This document shows, piece after piece, positions 30,251 through 40,828 of a DNA stretch of 64,000 nucleotides. A program made the position numbers and the translations under genes. Origin of the DNA: Escherichia coli (GTDB lineage Bacteria > Pseudomonadota > Gammaproteobacteria > Enterobacterales > Enterobacteriaceae); assembly GCF_001677475.2 (NCBI RefSeq), contig NZ_CP015229.1, one strand, 5' to 3'. The notes under the pieces were generated by a model that saw only the letters and a program-made list of their open reading frames with translations, did not search any database and was not told the origin of the DNA. Positions within the stretch are counted from its first letter, which is position 1. Each line of letters begins with the position of its first letter.

Positions 30251-31567
30251 ATGATCAACCCAAGAACCATTGCCCAAGAAATTGCGTATGCCGATGTTGC
30301 CACTCAGGCGGCAAATTTGCAGGAGAAGCAGACCGAGCTGGATGCCGAAAGCAGCGGCCTGGACTCGCTCAGCTCGGCGTTGAGCGATTTCCAAAGTGCT
30401 GTCGATGCGCTGAACAGCGATACCGACGGCCCGGTGACCTTCGCCGCCACCAGCAATAATGACTCGGCGACCGTTTCCGCTAACTCGCAGGCGCAAGCGG
30501 GAAGCTACTCATTTTTCGTTGAGCAACTGGCGCAGGGGCAGCAGACCACATTCAGTATGGGCGACGACGCCTTTTCCGCCACCGGCACTTTTGAACTGAC
30601 GATGGGCGACAGCACCATGGATATTGATCTGTCGGCGGCGGATCAGAACGGTGACGGCGACGGTTTTATCGACGCCAGTGAACTGGTGAATGCGATTAAC
30701 GACTCCGATGACAATCCGGGGGTGTCGGCGGCGCTGGTCAAAACCGACGGCACCACCACGATTATGCTCACCTCCGATAGCACCGGGGCGCAGAGCGCGT
30801 TTTCGGTGAGCGTAACGGGGCATGATGCCAGCAACGATAGCGCCAGCGCGCCCGTTCCCACGGATGTTTCCTCCGCCCAGGACGCGATTATTCATCTTGG
30901 CAGCGCCACGGGGCCTGAGATCACCAACAGCAGCAATACATTTGATGATGTGATCCCCGGTGTCACCATGACTTTCACCGAAGTCAGCGATTCTGACAGC
31001 GATCTCACCACCTTTAACATCAGCGAAGATTCCAGCGCCAGCCAGGAGAAAGTACAGACCTTTGTCGATGCCTATAACACCTTGATTGATACGGTTGATT
31101 CGCTGACCACCCACGGTGATGACAGTACCAGCGCCGGGGTATTTGCAGGCGACGCAGGACTCAGTTCACTGGCGAACCAGCTCGATGACATCGCCCATGC
31201 CAGTTACAACGGCGTGTCGATTGTTGACTACGGCATCACTCTCGATTCTCACGGCCACTTACAGATCGACGCCGACCAGTTCAGCGACGAAATGGCGAAA
31301 AATCCTGATGGTCTGACCTCTATTTTCGTTGGTGACAACAGCATGGTGGCGCAGATGGACGACCTGATTAACACCTACACGGACTCCAGCAACGGCATCA
31401 TCACCCTGCGCCAGCAGAACATTGACGATCAGATGAGCAAAATTCAGGACGAAGGCGATCAGCTTACCGATACCTATAACGCCAACTACGACCGTTATCT
31501 GGAGGAGTACACCAACACGCTGGTTGAGGTGTACACCATGAAAGCCAGCATGGCGGCATTCGCGTAA
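30251..31567 (+). CDS. lafB: Flagellar filament cap protein FliD homolog
   Basis: 438 aa, FliD-like terminal regions. Confidence 0.75.
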   Translation: MINPRTIAQEIAYADVATQAANLQEKQTELDAESSGLDSLSSALSDFQSAVDALNSDTDGPVTFAATSNNDSATVSANSQAQAGSYSFFVEQLAQGQQTTFSMGDDAFSATGTFELTMGDSTMDIDLSAADQNGDGDGFIDASELVNAINDSDDNPGVSAALVKTDGTTTIMLTSDSTGAQSAFSVSVTGHDASNDSASAPVPTDVSSAQDAIIHLGSATGPEITNSSNTFDDVIPGVTMTFTEVSDSDSDLTTFNISEDSSASQEKVQTFVDAYNTLIDTVDSLTTHGDDSTSAGVFAGDAGLSSLANQLDDIAHASYNGVSIVDYGITLDSHGHLQIDADQFSDEMAKNPDGLTSIFVGDNSMVAQMDDLINTYTDSSNGIITLRQQNIDDQMSKIQDEGDQLTDTYNANYDRYLEEYTNTLVEVYTMKASMAAFA

Positions 31568-31589
31568 TTCATAAGGAATATCCCTAAAG

Positions 31590-31982
31590 ATGTATGAAGT
31601 ACAGGATGGTTATTCGCAATACAAAGAGGTCGATCTCGCGGCACGTACCGCGGCGGCCTCTCCGCTTGAACTGGTGCTGGTGCTGTTCGCCGGGCTTCTC
31701 GACGAACTGGAGCGCGCCAAAAGCCACATTGAAGGGCGACGTTTCGAGAAGAAAGCTCAGAGCATCAATAAATGTATCGACATTCTCAATGCGCTCACCA
31801 GTTCACTGGAGTTTGAAACCGGCGGCGAGCTGGTGGTTAACCTTTCGCGCCTCTATGACCACTGCGTGTATCGCTTGTATGAGGCCAGCGGCGAGCTGTC
31901 GGCGGAGAAAATCGATGAAGTGATGCTGATTTTAAGCAACCTGCGCGAAGGCTGGGAAGGGCTTTCGGGCAAGCTGGGTTAA
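31590..31982 (+). CDS. lafC: Flagellin chaperone FliS homolog
   Basis: 130 aa, FliS-like four-helix sequence. Confidence 0.8.
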   Translation: MYEVQDGYSQYKEVDLAARTAAASPLELVLVLFAGLLDELERAKSHIEGRRFEKKAQSINKCIDILNALTSSLEFETGGELVVNLSRLYDHCVYRLYEASGELSAEKIDEVMLILSNLREGWEGLSGKLG

Positions 31983-31986
31983 TGCC

Positions 31987-32298
31987 ATGAATCAACAACA
32001 TAAACCGCTTTTCGCGCTGATAGATGCGATGAACGAAGCTCTCGACAAGCAACGCTGGCGACGTCTTCCGGCGCTGCATCAGCAGTTGATGCGTCAGTTT
32101 CACGATTACGCGGCGGCTGAAACTGACGCGCAACAGCTTGGTGCGGTGAAATCGCAACTTCATGCCGCGTTTAGCGCATTAATTGCCCGCCGCGAGCAGC
32201 GTGCCGACGTGCTGAAAGCGCGCATGGAGCTGCATCAGCAGCGCCAGGAAGGCGTGCTGGCCTACTCAATTGTTCATTTACTTTCGGAGAAGCCATGA
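31987..32298 (+). CDS. lafD: Small lateral flagellar protein (FliT-like?)
   Basis: 103 aa helical protein after fliS homolog. Confidence 0.5.
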   Translation: MNQQHKPLFALIDAMNEALDKQRWRRLPALHQQLMRQFHDYAAAETDAQQLGAVKSQLHAAFSALIARREQRADVLKARMELHQQRQEGVLAYSIVHLLSEKP

Positions 32299-33356
32299 AT
32301 CCGGCATTGCTTGCCACGCTCGGAACGCTTGCGGAAACCGCGTCTCTGAAAACGGATATTTTACCGCCGGTGAGCGGTGAAAATGCGCCCGCGTTTACGC
32401 TGCCGAAAATGGCAGTCGCGGCGGTGGCGGAGCGCGTTCATAGCGCGAAAACCAGTCAGCAACAAGCCACGCACCCGCAGGAGAACGATCCGGCAACGAT
32501 GCAGGCCTTAATGGCGCTGTTACTGCCGCAACCTGCCGCGCCGCATCAGGACACGCCGCCGCCGCGAAACGTGGCGACATCGCCGGTTATCCAGCAACTG
32601 ACGAAAGCGGTGGTGCAAAACGCGCCGCAACGCCCGACGCAACAGCAGGAACTCACGCCGTTGCCGCCGCAGTTGCAGGCGCTGGTGAGCCAGTTGCCGC
32701 AGGTAAAACCGGATCAGCATGCCAGACTGGCGACTTACGCCAGTGAAGATTTACATGCCATTGCGCCGACGCAGCCGCGCGTCTCAACACAGCCAGCTCG
32801 CCCGAAACCTGAACTAACCCGTGTGACCTCGCGCCCGCAGGTTGAGCGTAAAACGGAAAAAGTGCCGGACAGCGAACCGGTTATTGCGCGTGCGGTGTTG
32901 CAGGATAAGACGCCGGAACTGGTCAGCGATCATCAGGAGATTGTCGCCAAACCAGCCACGCTTTCGATGGACGAACTGGGTGAAAAACTGACGACGCTTT
33001 TCAAAGATCAGATCCACTTTCAGCTCAACAAACAACAGCAGATCTCCACCATCCGTCTCGATCCACCGTCGCTTGGCAAGCTCGAGATCGCCGTACAACT
33101 CGACAACGGCAAACTGATGGTGCACATCGGCGCGAACCAAAGTGAAGTTTGCCGCGCGTTACAGCAGTTTAGCGACGATCTCCGCCAGCATCTGACGGCG
33201 CAAAATTTTATGGAGGTGAACGTACAGGTTTCCTCCGAAGGGCAGTCGCAGCAACAACAACAGTCGGGCCATCAGCAGGAAGAGGTGAGTGCCGCCTTAC
33301 AGCTTGATGATGCGCCTCAATTTCAACAGAACGAATCCGTTTTGATCAAAGTGTAA
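32295..33356 (+). CDS. lafE: Hook-length control protein FliK-like
   Basis: Pro/Gln-rich N-term; FliK-like C-terminal domain (IRLDPPSLGKLEIAVQLDNGKLMVHI). Confidence 0.7.
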   Translation: MNPALLATLGTLAETASLKTDILPPVSGENAPAFTLPKMAVAAVAERVHSAKTSQQQATHPQENDPATMQALMALLLPQPAAPHQDTPPPRNVATSPVIQQLTKAVVQNAPQRPTQQQELTPLPPQLQALVSQLPQVKPDQHARLATYASEDLHAIAPTQPRVSTQPARPKPELTRVTSRPQVERKTEKVPDSEPVIARAVLQDKTPELVSDHQEIVAKPATLSMDELGEKLTTLFKDQIHFQLNKQQQISTIRLDPPSLGKLEIAVQLDNGKLMVHIGANQSEVCRALQQFSDDLRQHLTAQNFMEVNVQVSSEGQSQQQQQSGHQQEEVSAALQLDDAPQFQQNESVLIKV

Positions 33357-33363
33357 AGGCAAT

Positions 33364-33831
33364 ATGAAGAAAATCGTGGTGGCGGGCGTGGTCAGCGCCG
33401 TTCTGGCGTTGGTGGTGGGGGCCGGAGCTGGATGGAGTGTCTGGCATCATTATGCTGGAAAAGGAAAACCGACTGCCGCCGCGCAGACGGAAACGGTGGA
33501 AACCCTGGATGAAAGTAAAAGCGTGTTTGTGACGTTGCCGGAAACCATTGTCACGCTGCATGACAACAACGGCGCGGACCATTATTTGTCGGCGGAATTA
33601 GTGATGGTAGTCGCCAGTGACAAAGAAGCGGAAAAAATAAAACATCAGGAGCCGCTGTATCAAAGTATTGCAGTTGAATGCCTGACGGAAATGAAATTTG
33701 AAGATTTGCGTGGCATGAAAATATCTGCCATCCGCAAACTGATTTCTGACGCGTTAAAGAAAGATCTTCAGCGTCGCAAAATGAGCGCACCGTATAAGGA
33801 TTTGCTGGTGAAAAAAGTGGTCTTCCAGTAA
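33364..33831 (+). CDS. lafF: Flagellar basal body-associated protein FliL homolog
   Basis: 155 aa, single N-terminal TM, FliL-like. Confidence 0.7.
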   Translation: MKKIVVAGVVSAVLALVVGAGAGWSVWHHYAGKGKPTAAAQTETVETLDESKSVFVTLPETIVTLHDNNGADHYLSAELVMVVASDKEAEKIKHQEPLYQSIAVECLTEMKFEDLRGMKISAIRKLISDALKKDLQRRKMSAPYKDLLVKKVVFQ

Positions 33832-33850
33832 TCACCAGGCGGATATAAAT

Positions 33851-34567
33851 ATGCTACAGGATGTATTCGAGTCAGAAGAATTTGCTGCCACACCGGTATT
33901 AACCCCGCAGCAGGAGAGCCACTACTTGCAGGCCTATTTACCGTTGGTGCGTAAAGTGGTGCGGCAACTTGCCCCGCAGTGTAATTGCATTATTGACCGT
34001 CAGGATATGGAACAAACGGCGTTAATGGGGCTGCTTAACGCCATTCGTCGCTATGGGCAGCCGGATGAAGGTTTTGCGGGCTATGCCGTGCACCGTATTC
34101 GCGGCGCGATCCTGGATGAGCTGCGCGCTCTCGACTGGCGACCGCGCCAGCTGCGACAGAAATATCATCAGATGAAAGACCTGATTCGCGAAACGCGTAA
34201 AAAACTGGGTCACGAACCGGAGTGGTCAGAACTGGCCGTGGAAGGGATCTCGCATGAAGATTATCTCGAATATCAGCAACTGGAAGGGGCGGAAACACTC
34301 GCCAGTCTGGACGAACTGCTGAACGGTGAAGGGGCAGGCATTCCGCTTGTTGGCAGGGAACTGGAAGATCAGTTTGTCACCCAGCAAATGTTGCAACAGG
34401 CGCTTTCACAATTAAGCGAAAAAGAGCAACTGATCCTCTCCATGTATTACCAGCATGAGATGAATCTCAAAGATATTGCGCTGGTATTAGGGCTAACCGA
34501 GGCCCGAATTTGTCAACTGAATAAACAGATCGCGCAGAAAATTCGTGATTTTGTCTATCCGAATTAA
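33851..34567 (+). CDS. lafS: Lateral flagellar sigma factor (sigma-28/FliA family)
   Basis: 238 aa; sigma-70 region 2 and region 4 HTH (LKDIALVLGLTEARICQL). Confidence 0.8.
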   Translation: MLQDVFESEEFAATPVLTPQQESHYLQAYLPLVRKVVRQLAPQCNCIIDRQDMEQTALMGLLNAIRRYGQPDEGFAGYAVHRIRGAILDELRALDWRPRQLRQKYHQMKDLIRETRKKLGHEPEWSELAVEGISHEDYLEYQQLEGAETLASLDELLNGEGAGIPLVGRELEDQFVTQQMLQQALSQLSEKEQLILSMYYQHEMNLKDIALVLGLTEARICQLNKQIAQKIRDFVYPN

Positions 34568-34579
34568 AGTGAAGAAATT

Positions 34580-35443
34580 ATGCAAAAAATATTAGGTTTA
34601 CTGGTGGTGCTCGGCTGCGTATTTGGCGGTTATTTTGAAGCGGGCGGGCAATTAGTGGCTATCTGGCAACCGGCGGAGATGATCATTATTTTGGGTGCCG
34701 GTTTCGGGGCGATGATTATTGGTAACCCGAAACATGTGCTGAAAGAGATTGCCCATCAAATTAAAGGCGTGATCAGTAAAAAACAGCTTGGGCCGGAATT
34801 TCAGCGCCAGCTATTAATGTGCCTGTATGAGTTGCTCGAAATGGTGCAAAACGGCGGCCTGCGCATGCTGGATCAGCATATCGAGCAGCCGGAGGAGAGC
34901 ACTATTTTCCAGAAATACCCGCTGGTGTTAACCCAGAAACGGCTGGTGACCTTTATTGCCGATAACTTTCGCCTGATGGCGATGGGTAAGATTGACGCTC
35001 ATGAACTGGAAGGCATTCTCGATCAGGAACTGGACACCGCTGAAGAGTCGCTGTTAACGCCGTCGCGCTCGCTGCAACGTACCGCCGAAGCGATGCCGGG
35101 ATTTGGTATTTGTGCAGCAGTGTTGGGGATCATCATCACCATGCAGTCGATTGATGGATCTATCGCCCTGATTGGCCTGAAAGTGGCGGCAGCGCTGGTA
35201 GGGACGTTTTTAGGCGTCTTTATCTGCTACTGCCTGATGGACCCGCTCGCCAACGCCATGGAACAACAGGCGCGGGCGGAGCATTCATTGTTGGAGTGCG
35301 TGCGTACCGTGCTGGTGGCGCAGGCGGGCGGTAAACCGACGCTGCTGGCGGTGGACGCCGGGCGTAAGCTGCTGCATCTGGCGTCCAAACCGACCTTCGC
35401 CAACCTCGACGCGTGGGTGAATGCGATGCTGGAGCAAGAATAA
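34580..35443 (+). CDS. lafT: Lateral flagellar motor stator protein MotA homolog
   Basis: 287 aa MotA/TolQ/ExbB-type 4-TM protein. Confidence 0.85.
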   Translation: MQKILGLLVVLGCVFGGYFEAGGQLVAIWQPAEMIIILGAGFGAMIIGNPKHVLKEIAHQIKGVISKKQLGPEFQRQLLMCLYELLEMVQNGGLRMLDQHIEQPEESTIFQKYPLVLTQKRLVTFIADNFRLMAMGKIDAHELEGILDQELDTAEESLLTPSRSLQRTAEAMPGFGICAAVLGIIITMQSIDGSIALIGLKVAAALVGTFLGVFICYCLMDPLANAMEQQARAEHSLLECVRTVLVAQAGGKPTLLAVDAGRKLLHLASKPTFANLDAWVNAMLEQE

Positions 35444-35445
35444 GC

Positions 35446-36369
35446 ATGAGAAAGACGGGCAACCGCCGCGAGCGTGGGGCAAAAACCACCATCGTCCGGC
35501 GGCAGATCAAAAAGAATCATGCCGGGCATCACGGCGGGGCGTGGAAGGTGGCGTTTGCCGACTTTACTTTGGCAATGATGGCGCTGTTTATGACCCTGTG
35601 GATTGTCAACAGCGTCAGTAAATCCGAGCGTGAAAGTATTATCGCCGCGCTGCACGGGCAGTCGATTTTTAACGGTGGCGGGCTGTCGCCGTTAAATAAA
35701 ATCAGCCCGCCTCATCCGCCGAAACCTGCCACCGTGGCGGTGCCGGAAGAGACGGAGAAGAAAGCGCGCGACGTCAACGAGAAAACGGCGCTACTGAAGA
35801 AGAAATCTGCCACCGAGCTTGGAGAGCTGGCAACCAGTATCAACACCATTGCCCGTGATGCGCATATGGAAGCGAATCTGGAGATGGAGATTGTCCCGCA
35901 GGGATTACGCGTGCTGATTAAAGACGACCAGAACCGCAATATGTTTGAACGCGGCAGCGCGAAGATTATGCCGTTCTTTAAAACGCTGCTGGTGGAGTTA
36001 GCGCCAGTGTTCGACTCGCTCGATAACAAAATTATTATTACCGGGCATACTGATGCGATGGCCTACAAAAGCAATATCTACAACAACTGGAACCTTTCGG
36101 GCGATCGCGTGCTTTCGGCCCGTCGGGTGCTGGAAGAGGCCGGAATGCCGGAAGATAAAGTGATGCAGGTGAGCGCGATGGCGGACCAGATGTTGCTGGA
36201 TGCCAAAAATCCGCAAAGCGCGGGCAACCGGCGCATTGAGATTATGGTGCTGACTAAAAGCGCGTCCGATACGCTGTATCAATACTTTGGTCAGCATGGG
36301 GATAAAGTGGTGCAGCCGCTGGTGCAAAAGCTGGATAAGCAGCAGGCGCTTTCGCAGCGAACGCGTTAA
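35446..36369 (+). CDS. lafU: Lateral flagellar motor stator protein MotB homolog (OmpA-like C-term)
   Basis: N-terminal TM, OmpA-like peptidoglycan-binding motif NRRIEI; start set to ATG 35446 after lafT stop. Confidence 0.85.
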   Translation: MRKTGNRRERGAKTTIVRRQIKKNHAGHHGGAWKVAFADFTLAMMALFMTLWIVNSVSKSERESIIAALHGQSIFNGGGLSPLNKISPPHPPKPATVAVPEETEKKARDVNEKTALLKKKSATELGELATSINTIARDAHMEANLEMEIVPQGLRVLIKDDQNRNMFERGSAKIMPFFKTLLVELAPVFDSLDNKIIITGHTDAMAYKSNIYNNWNLSGDRVLSARRVLEEAGMPEDKVMQVSAMADQMLLDAKNPQSAGNRRIEIMVLTKSASDTLYQYFGQHGDKVVQPLVQKLDKQQALSQRTR

Positions 36370-36407
36370 ATGCTGAATCTTTACGCATTTCTCAAACCCT
36401 GAAATCA

Positions 36408-36423
36408 CTGTATACTTTACCAG
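36408..36423 (+). promoter_or_regulatory. LexA (SOS) box upstream of dinB
   Basis: ctgtatactttaccag matches CTGT-N8-ACAG LexA operator. Confidence 0.8.
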
Positions 36424-36439
36424 TGTTGAGAGGTGAGCA

Positions 36440-37495
36440 ATGCGTAAAATCATTCATGTGGATATGGACTGCTTTTTCGCCGCGGTGGAGATGCGCGACA
36501 ATCCCGCCCTGCGCGATATCCCTATTGCTATTGGCGGCAGCCGCGAACGTCGGGGGGTGATCAGCACCGCCAATTATCCTGCGCGTAAATTTGGCGTACG
36601 TAGCGCTATGCCGACAGGGATGGCGCTCAAATTATGCCCACATCTCACCTTGCTTCCGGGGCGCTTTGACGCCTACAAAGAAGCCTCAAATCATATCCGT
36701 GAAATCTTCTCGCGCTACACCTCGCGCATTGAACCGTTGTCACTGGATGAAGCCTATCTCGATGTCACCGATAGCGTCCATTGCCACGGTTCTGCGACCC
36801 TCATCGCCCAGGAAATCCGCCAGACGATCTTCAACGAGCTGCAACTGACGGCGTCTGCGGGCGTGGCACCAGTAAAGTTTCTCGCCAAAATCGCCTCCGA
36901 CATGAATAAACCCAACGGCCAGTTTGTGATTACGCCGGCAGAAGTTCCGGCATTTTTACAAACCTTGCCGCTGGCAAAAATTCCCGGCGTCGGCAAAGTC
37001 TCGGCGGCAAAACTGGAAGCGATGGGGCTACGGACCTGCGGTGATGTGCAAAAGTGTGATCTGGTGATTCTGCTTAAACGCTTTGGCAAATTTGGCCGCA
37101 TTTTGTGGGAGCGTAGTCAGGGGATTGACGAGCGCGACGTTAACAGTGAACGGTTGCGAAAATCCGTCGGCGTGGAACGCACGATGGCGGAAGATATTCA
37201 TCACTGGTCTGAATGTGAAGCGATTATCGAGCGGCTGTATCCTGAACTTGAACGCCGTCTGGCAAAGGTAAAACCTGATTTACTGATTGCCCGCCAGGGG
37301 GTGAAATTAAAGTTCGATGATTTTCAGCAAACCACTCAGGAGCATGTCTGGCCGCGGCTGAATAAAGCTGACTTAATCGCCACCGCGCGTAAAACCTGGG
37401 ATGAACGCCGTGGCGGGCGCGGTGTGCGTCTGGTGGGGCTGCATGTGACGTTGCTTGACCCGCATATGGAAAGACAACTGGTGCTGGGATTATGA
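36440..37495 (+). CDS. dinB: DNA polymerase IV
   Basis: [23 protein letters not shown]-family polymerase N-terminus. Confidence 0.95.
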   Translation: MRKIIHVDMDCFFAAVEMRDNPALRDIPIAIGGSRERRGVISTANYPARKFGVRSAMPTGMALKLCPHLTLLPGRFDAYKEASNHIREIFSRYTSRIEPLSLDEAYLDVTDSVHCHGSATLIAQEIRQTIFNELQLTASAGVAPVKFLAKIASDMNKPNGQFVITPAEVPAFLQTLPLAKIPGVGKVSAAKLEAMGLRTCGDVQKCDLVILLKRFGKFGRILWERSQGIDERDVNSERLRKSVGVERTMAEDIHHWSECEAIIERLYPELERRLAKVKPDLLIARQGVKLKFDDFQQTTQEHVWPRLNKADLIATARKTWDERRGGRGVRLVGLHVTLLDPHMERQLVLGL

Positions 37496-37546
37496 TGTAT
37501 ACTATTATGTCTATTCTGGTGTGCATTATTATGAGGGGATCACTGT

Positions 37547-37840
37547 ATGCATCGAATTCTCGCTGAAAAATCGGTCAATATCACTGAGTTACGTAAAAAC
37601 CCAGCTAAATACTTTATTGATCAACCGGTTGCGGTTCTTTCTAATAATCGCCCCGCAGGATATCTCTTAAGTGCCAGCGCATTTGAAGCGTTAATGGACA
37701 TGCTTGCTGAACAAGAGGAGAAAAAACTGGTGAAGGCGCGCTTCCGTCCGAGTGCCGCAAGATTAGAGGAAATTACACGCCGCGCTGAACAATATCTTAA
37801 TGATATGACGGATGATGATTTCAATGACTTTAAGGAATAA
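37547..37840 (+). CDS. yafN: Antitoxin YafN (Phd/YefM family)
   Basis: 97 aa, operon with yafO downstream of dinB. Confidence 0.85.
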   Translation: MHRILAEKSVNITELRKNPAKYFIDQPVAVLSNNRPAGYLLSASAFEALMDMLAEQEEKKLVKARFRPSAARLEEITRRAEQYLNDMTDDDFNDFKE

Positions 37841-37842
37841 GG

Positions 37843-38241
37843 ATGCGGGTATTCAAAACAAAACTTATTCGCCTGCAACTTACAGCAGAGGAACTTGATG
37901 CGTTAACGGCGGATTTTATTTCCTATAAGCGTGACGGTGTTTTGCCAGATATATTTGGTCGCGATGCACTCTACGACGACTCGTTTACCTGGCCATTAAT
38001 CAAATTTGAGCGAGTTGCTCATATTCATCTGGCAAATGTGAATAATCCATTTCCGTCACAGTTGCGCCAATTCAGCAGAACGAATGACGAAGCGCATTTG
38101 GTATATTGTCAGGGTGCGTTTGATGAGCAAGCATGGTTGCTCATTGCCATTCTGAAACCTGAACCTCATAAACTGGCTCGAGATAACAACCAAATGCATA
38201 AAATTGGGAAAATGGCAGAAGCGTTTCGCATGCGTTTTTGA
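37843..38241 (+). CDS. yafO: Toxin YafO (ribosome-dependent mRNA interferase)
   Basis: 132 aa immediately after yafN. Confidence 0.85.
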   Translation: MRVFKTKLIRLQLTAEELDALTADFISYKRDGVLPDIFGRDALYDDSFTWPLIKFERVAHIHLANVNNPFPSQLRQFSRTNDEAHLVYCQGAFDEQAWLLIAILKPEPHKLARDNNQMHKIGKMAEAFRMRF

Positions 38242-38250
38242 ATTTATATT

Positions 38251-38703
38251 ATGAATAACATACAAATAAGAAACTATCAGCCTGGCGATTTTCAGCAACT
38301 ATGCGCTATTTTCCTTAGAGCGGTTACGATGACCGCCAGTCAGCATTATTCACCACAACAAATTGCCGCCTGGGCGCAGATTGACGAATCTCGCTGGAAG
38401 GATAAACTCGCGAAATCACAAGTGCGGGTTGCCATCATTAATGCACAACCGGTTGGTTTTATTTCCCGCATTGAACATTATATCGATATGTTATTTGTTG
38501 ACCCTGAATACACCCGCCGTGGGGTTGCCAGCGCTTTGTTAAAACCTTTGATTAAGTCTGAATCCGAACTTACAGTGGACGCCAGCATAACCGCAAAACC
38601 ATTTTTTGAACGTTATGGTTTTCAGACAGTTAAGCAGCAGCGCGTTGAATGCCGGGGAGCGAGGTTTACTAATTTTTATATGCGTTATAAACAGCAACAT
38701 TAA
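38251..38703 (+). CDS. yafP: GNAT family N-acetyltransferase YafP
   Basis: 150 aa, acetyl-CoA binding motif (RRGVASALL). Confidence 0.85.
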   Translation: MNNIQIRNYQPGDFQQLCAIFLRAVTMTASQHYSPQQIAAWAQIDESRWKDKLAKSQVRVAIINAQPVGFISRIEHYIDMLFVDPEYTRRGVASALLKPLIKSESELTVDASITAKPFFERYGFQTVKQQRVECRGARFTNFYMRYKQQH

Positions 38704-38881
38704 ATCCAGCTTGCAATGAAAATAACGCCCGCCTAATATGTGCGCGTTTTGTTATTCCACAAACTGCAAGGAGGTAAATCATGACAAATCCTTTATCAAT
38801 GACTCTTTGCAGACCTTTCCAGGATTAATTCTTTTTTTTCTTGCCCTGGATCCGTCTGCCATTTCCTGATTTTTATATTTA

Positions 38882-39007
38882 TATACTCTAAATAATTCGA
38901 GTTGTAGGAAGGCGACAAGCGAGTGAATCCCTAGGAGCTTACGAAAGTAAGTGACTGGGGTGAACGAACGCAGTCGTAGTACATGCAACTTGAAGTATGA
39001 CGAGTAT
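38882..39007. repeat. ERIC (IRU) element
   Basis: Contains gtgaatccctaggagcttac and aagtaagtgactggggtgaacg (ERIC1R/ERIC2 primer sites); terminal inverted repeats atatactc/gagtata. Confidence 0.85.
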
Positions 39008-39009
39008 AA

Positions 39010-40161
39010 ATGGAATGGTACATGGGCAAATATATTCGTCCCTTATCCGATGCGGTATTTACCATCGCATCTGATGACCTGTGGATCGAGAGTTTAGCGA
39101 TCCAACAATTACACACCACGGCAAATTTACCCAACATGCATCGCGTAGTGGGGATGCCAGATTTACACCCCGGACGTGGCTACCCGATTGGCGCAGCGTT
39201 CTTCTCCGTAGGTCGTTTTTACCCGGCGCTGGTCGGCAATGATATCGGCTGCGGCATGGCGCTATGGCAAACAGATATTCTCGTGCGCAAGTACAACGCC
39301 GATAAGTTTGAAAAGCGATTATCAGCTTTGGATGACGTTGCTGAAGAAAGCTGGCTGGAGGAAAACCTGCCGTCAGCGTTTGCACTACATCCGTGGCGCA
39401 GCTCGCTTGGCTCCATCGGCGGTGGCAATCACTTCGCTGAACTGCAACAGATTGATCAAATTATCGACGCGGAACTGTTTGCACTGGCAGGTCTGGATGC
39501 GCAGCATCTGCAACTGCTGGTTCATAGCGGATCGCGTGGTCTGGGGCAGTCTGTTTTACAAAAACATATTTCCACATTCTCGCATCATGGTTTGCCGGAA
39601 GGCAGTGATGACGCGATGCGCTATATCGTGGAACATGACGATGCGCTGGCGTTTGCTCGCATTAATCGCCAGATGATCGCCCTGCGCATAATGCAACAGG
39701 TGAAGGCTACGGGAAGTCCGGTTCTGGATGTGGCGCATAACTTCATTACCGCGAGTAAAATTGGCGATCAACAAGGCTGGTTACACCGTAAAGGGGCTGC
39801 GCCAGATGACAGTGGCCTGGTGGTTATCCCCGGTTCACGCGGTGATTACTCATGGCTTGTACAGCCTGTCAGTAGCGAAGAAATATTGCATTCGCTGGCG
39901 CATGGGGCAGGACGTAAATGGGGGCGCACCGAGTGCAAAGGACGGCTGGCAGCGAAATACACGGCGACGCAACTTACGCGTACTGAACTTGGCAGCAGGG
40001 TAATTTGTCGCGATAAACAGCTCATCTTTGAAGAGGCGCCGCAGGCCTATAAATCGGCAGAAAGCGTGGTGCAATGTCTGGTGCAGGCCGGTTTAATTAT
40101 TCCTGTCGCGCGGCTGCGCCCGGTGCTGACACTCAAAAACAGTGGAGGGAAAAAAGGATGA
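39010..40161 (+). CDS. rtcB2: RtcB-family RNA ligase paralog coupled to prfH (RtcB2)
   Basis: 383 aa; RtcB-like metal-binding His/Cys residues ([28 protein letters not shown]); ATGA overlap with prfH. Confidence 0.8.
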   Translation: MEWYMGKYIRPLSDAVFTIASDDLWIESLAIQQLHTTANLPNMHRVVGMPDLHPGRGYPIGAAFFSVGRFYPALVGNDIGCGMALWQTDILVRKYNADKFEKRLSALDDVAEESWLEENLPSAFALHPWRSSLGSIGGGNHFAELQQIDQIIDAELFALAGLDAQHLQLLVHSGSRGLGQSVLQKHISTFSHHGLPEGSDDAMRYIVEHDDALAFARINRQMIALRIMQQVKATGSPVLDVAHNFITASKIGDQQGWLHRKGAAPDDSGLVVIPGSRGDYSWLVQPVSSEEILHSLAHGAGRKWGRTECKGRLAAKYTATQLTRTELGSRVICRDKQLIFEEAPQAYKSAESVVQCLVQAGLIIPVARLRPVLTLKNSGGKKG

Positions 40162-40772
40162 TCTTGCTACAACTCTCCTCAGCCCAGGGACCGGAAGAAT
40201 GCTGCCTCGCAGTCAAAAAGGCGTTGGACAGGCTGATTAAAGAAGCATCCCAACAGCGTGTTGCGGTAACGGTGCTGGAGACAGAAACGGGCCGCTACTC
40301 TGATTCGCTGCGTTCAGCGCTGGTTTCTCTGGATGGCGACAACGCATGGGCATTAAGCGAAAGCTGGTGCGGCACTATTCAGTGGATTTGTCCGAGTCCG
40401 TATCGGCCTCATCATGGGCGCAAAAACTGGTTTCTGGGCATTGGGCGTTTTACCGCTGATGAGCAGGAACAATCGGATGCAATCCGTTATGAGACGCTGC
40501 GTTCGTCGGGGCCGGGCGGTCAACATGTCAATAAAACCGACTCGGCGGTACGCGCCACGCATCTGGCTACCGGAATTAGTGTGAAGGTTCAGTCAGAGCG
40601 CAGCCAGCATGCTAACAAACGGCTGGCGCGATTGCTGATCGCCTGGAAGCTGGAACAACAGCAACAGGAAAATAGCGCGGTGCTGAAATCGCAGCGGCGA
40701 ATGTTCCATCACCAGATTGAACGTGGCAACCCGCGACGGACATTTACAGGGATGGCTTTTATCGAAGGATAA
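40158..40772 (+). CDS. prfH: Peptide chain release factor homolog PrfH
   Basis: GGQ motif ([16 protein letters not shown]); ~204 aa from ATG 40158. Confidence 0.85.
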   Translation: MILLQLSSAQGPEECCLAVKKALDRLIKEASQQRVAVTVLETETGRYSDSLRSALVSLDGDNAWALSESWCGTIQWICPSPYRPHHGRKNWFLGIGRFTADEQEQSDAIRYETLRSSGPGGQHVNKTDSAVRATHLATGISVKVQSERSQHANKRLARLLIAWKLEQQQQENSAVLKSQRRMFHHQIERGNPRRTFTGMAFIEG

Positions 40773-40784
40773 TGAAGGATGAAA

Positions 40785-40814
40785 CTGCCGGAAGGCGATT
40801 AAACGCCATCCGGC
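40785..40814. terminator. Candidate bidirectional terminator hairpin between prfH and pepD
   Basis: tgccgga...tccggca inverted repeat. Confidence 0.45.
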
Positions 40815-40828
40815 AGCAAATCAAATAA

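Noticed and set aside
30509-31114. 201-aa minus-strand ORF
   Set aside because: Antisense to lafB (FliD homolog); Gly/Arg-rich artefact.
38779-38988. 69-aa minus-strand ORF (and the similar 57811-57999 ORF)
   Set aside because: Both lie inside ERIC repeat elements; their similarity reflects the repeat, not a protein family.
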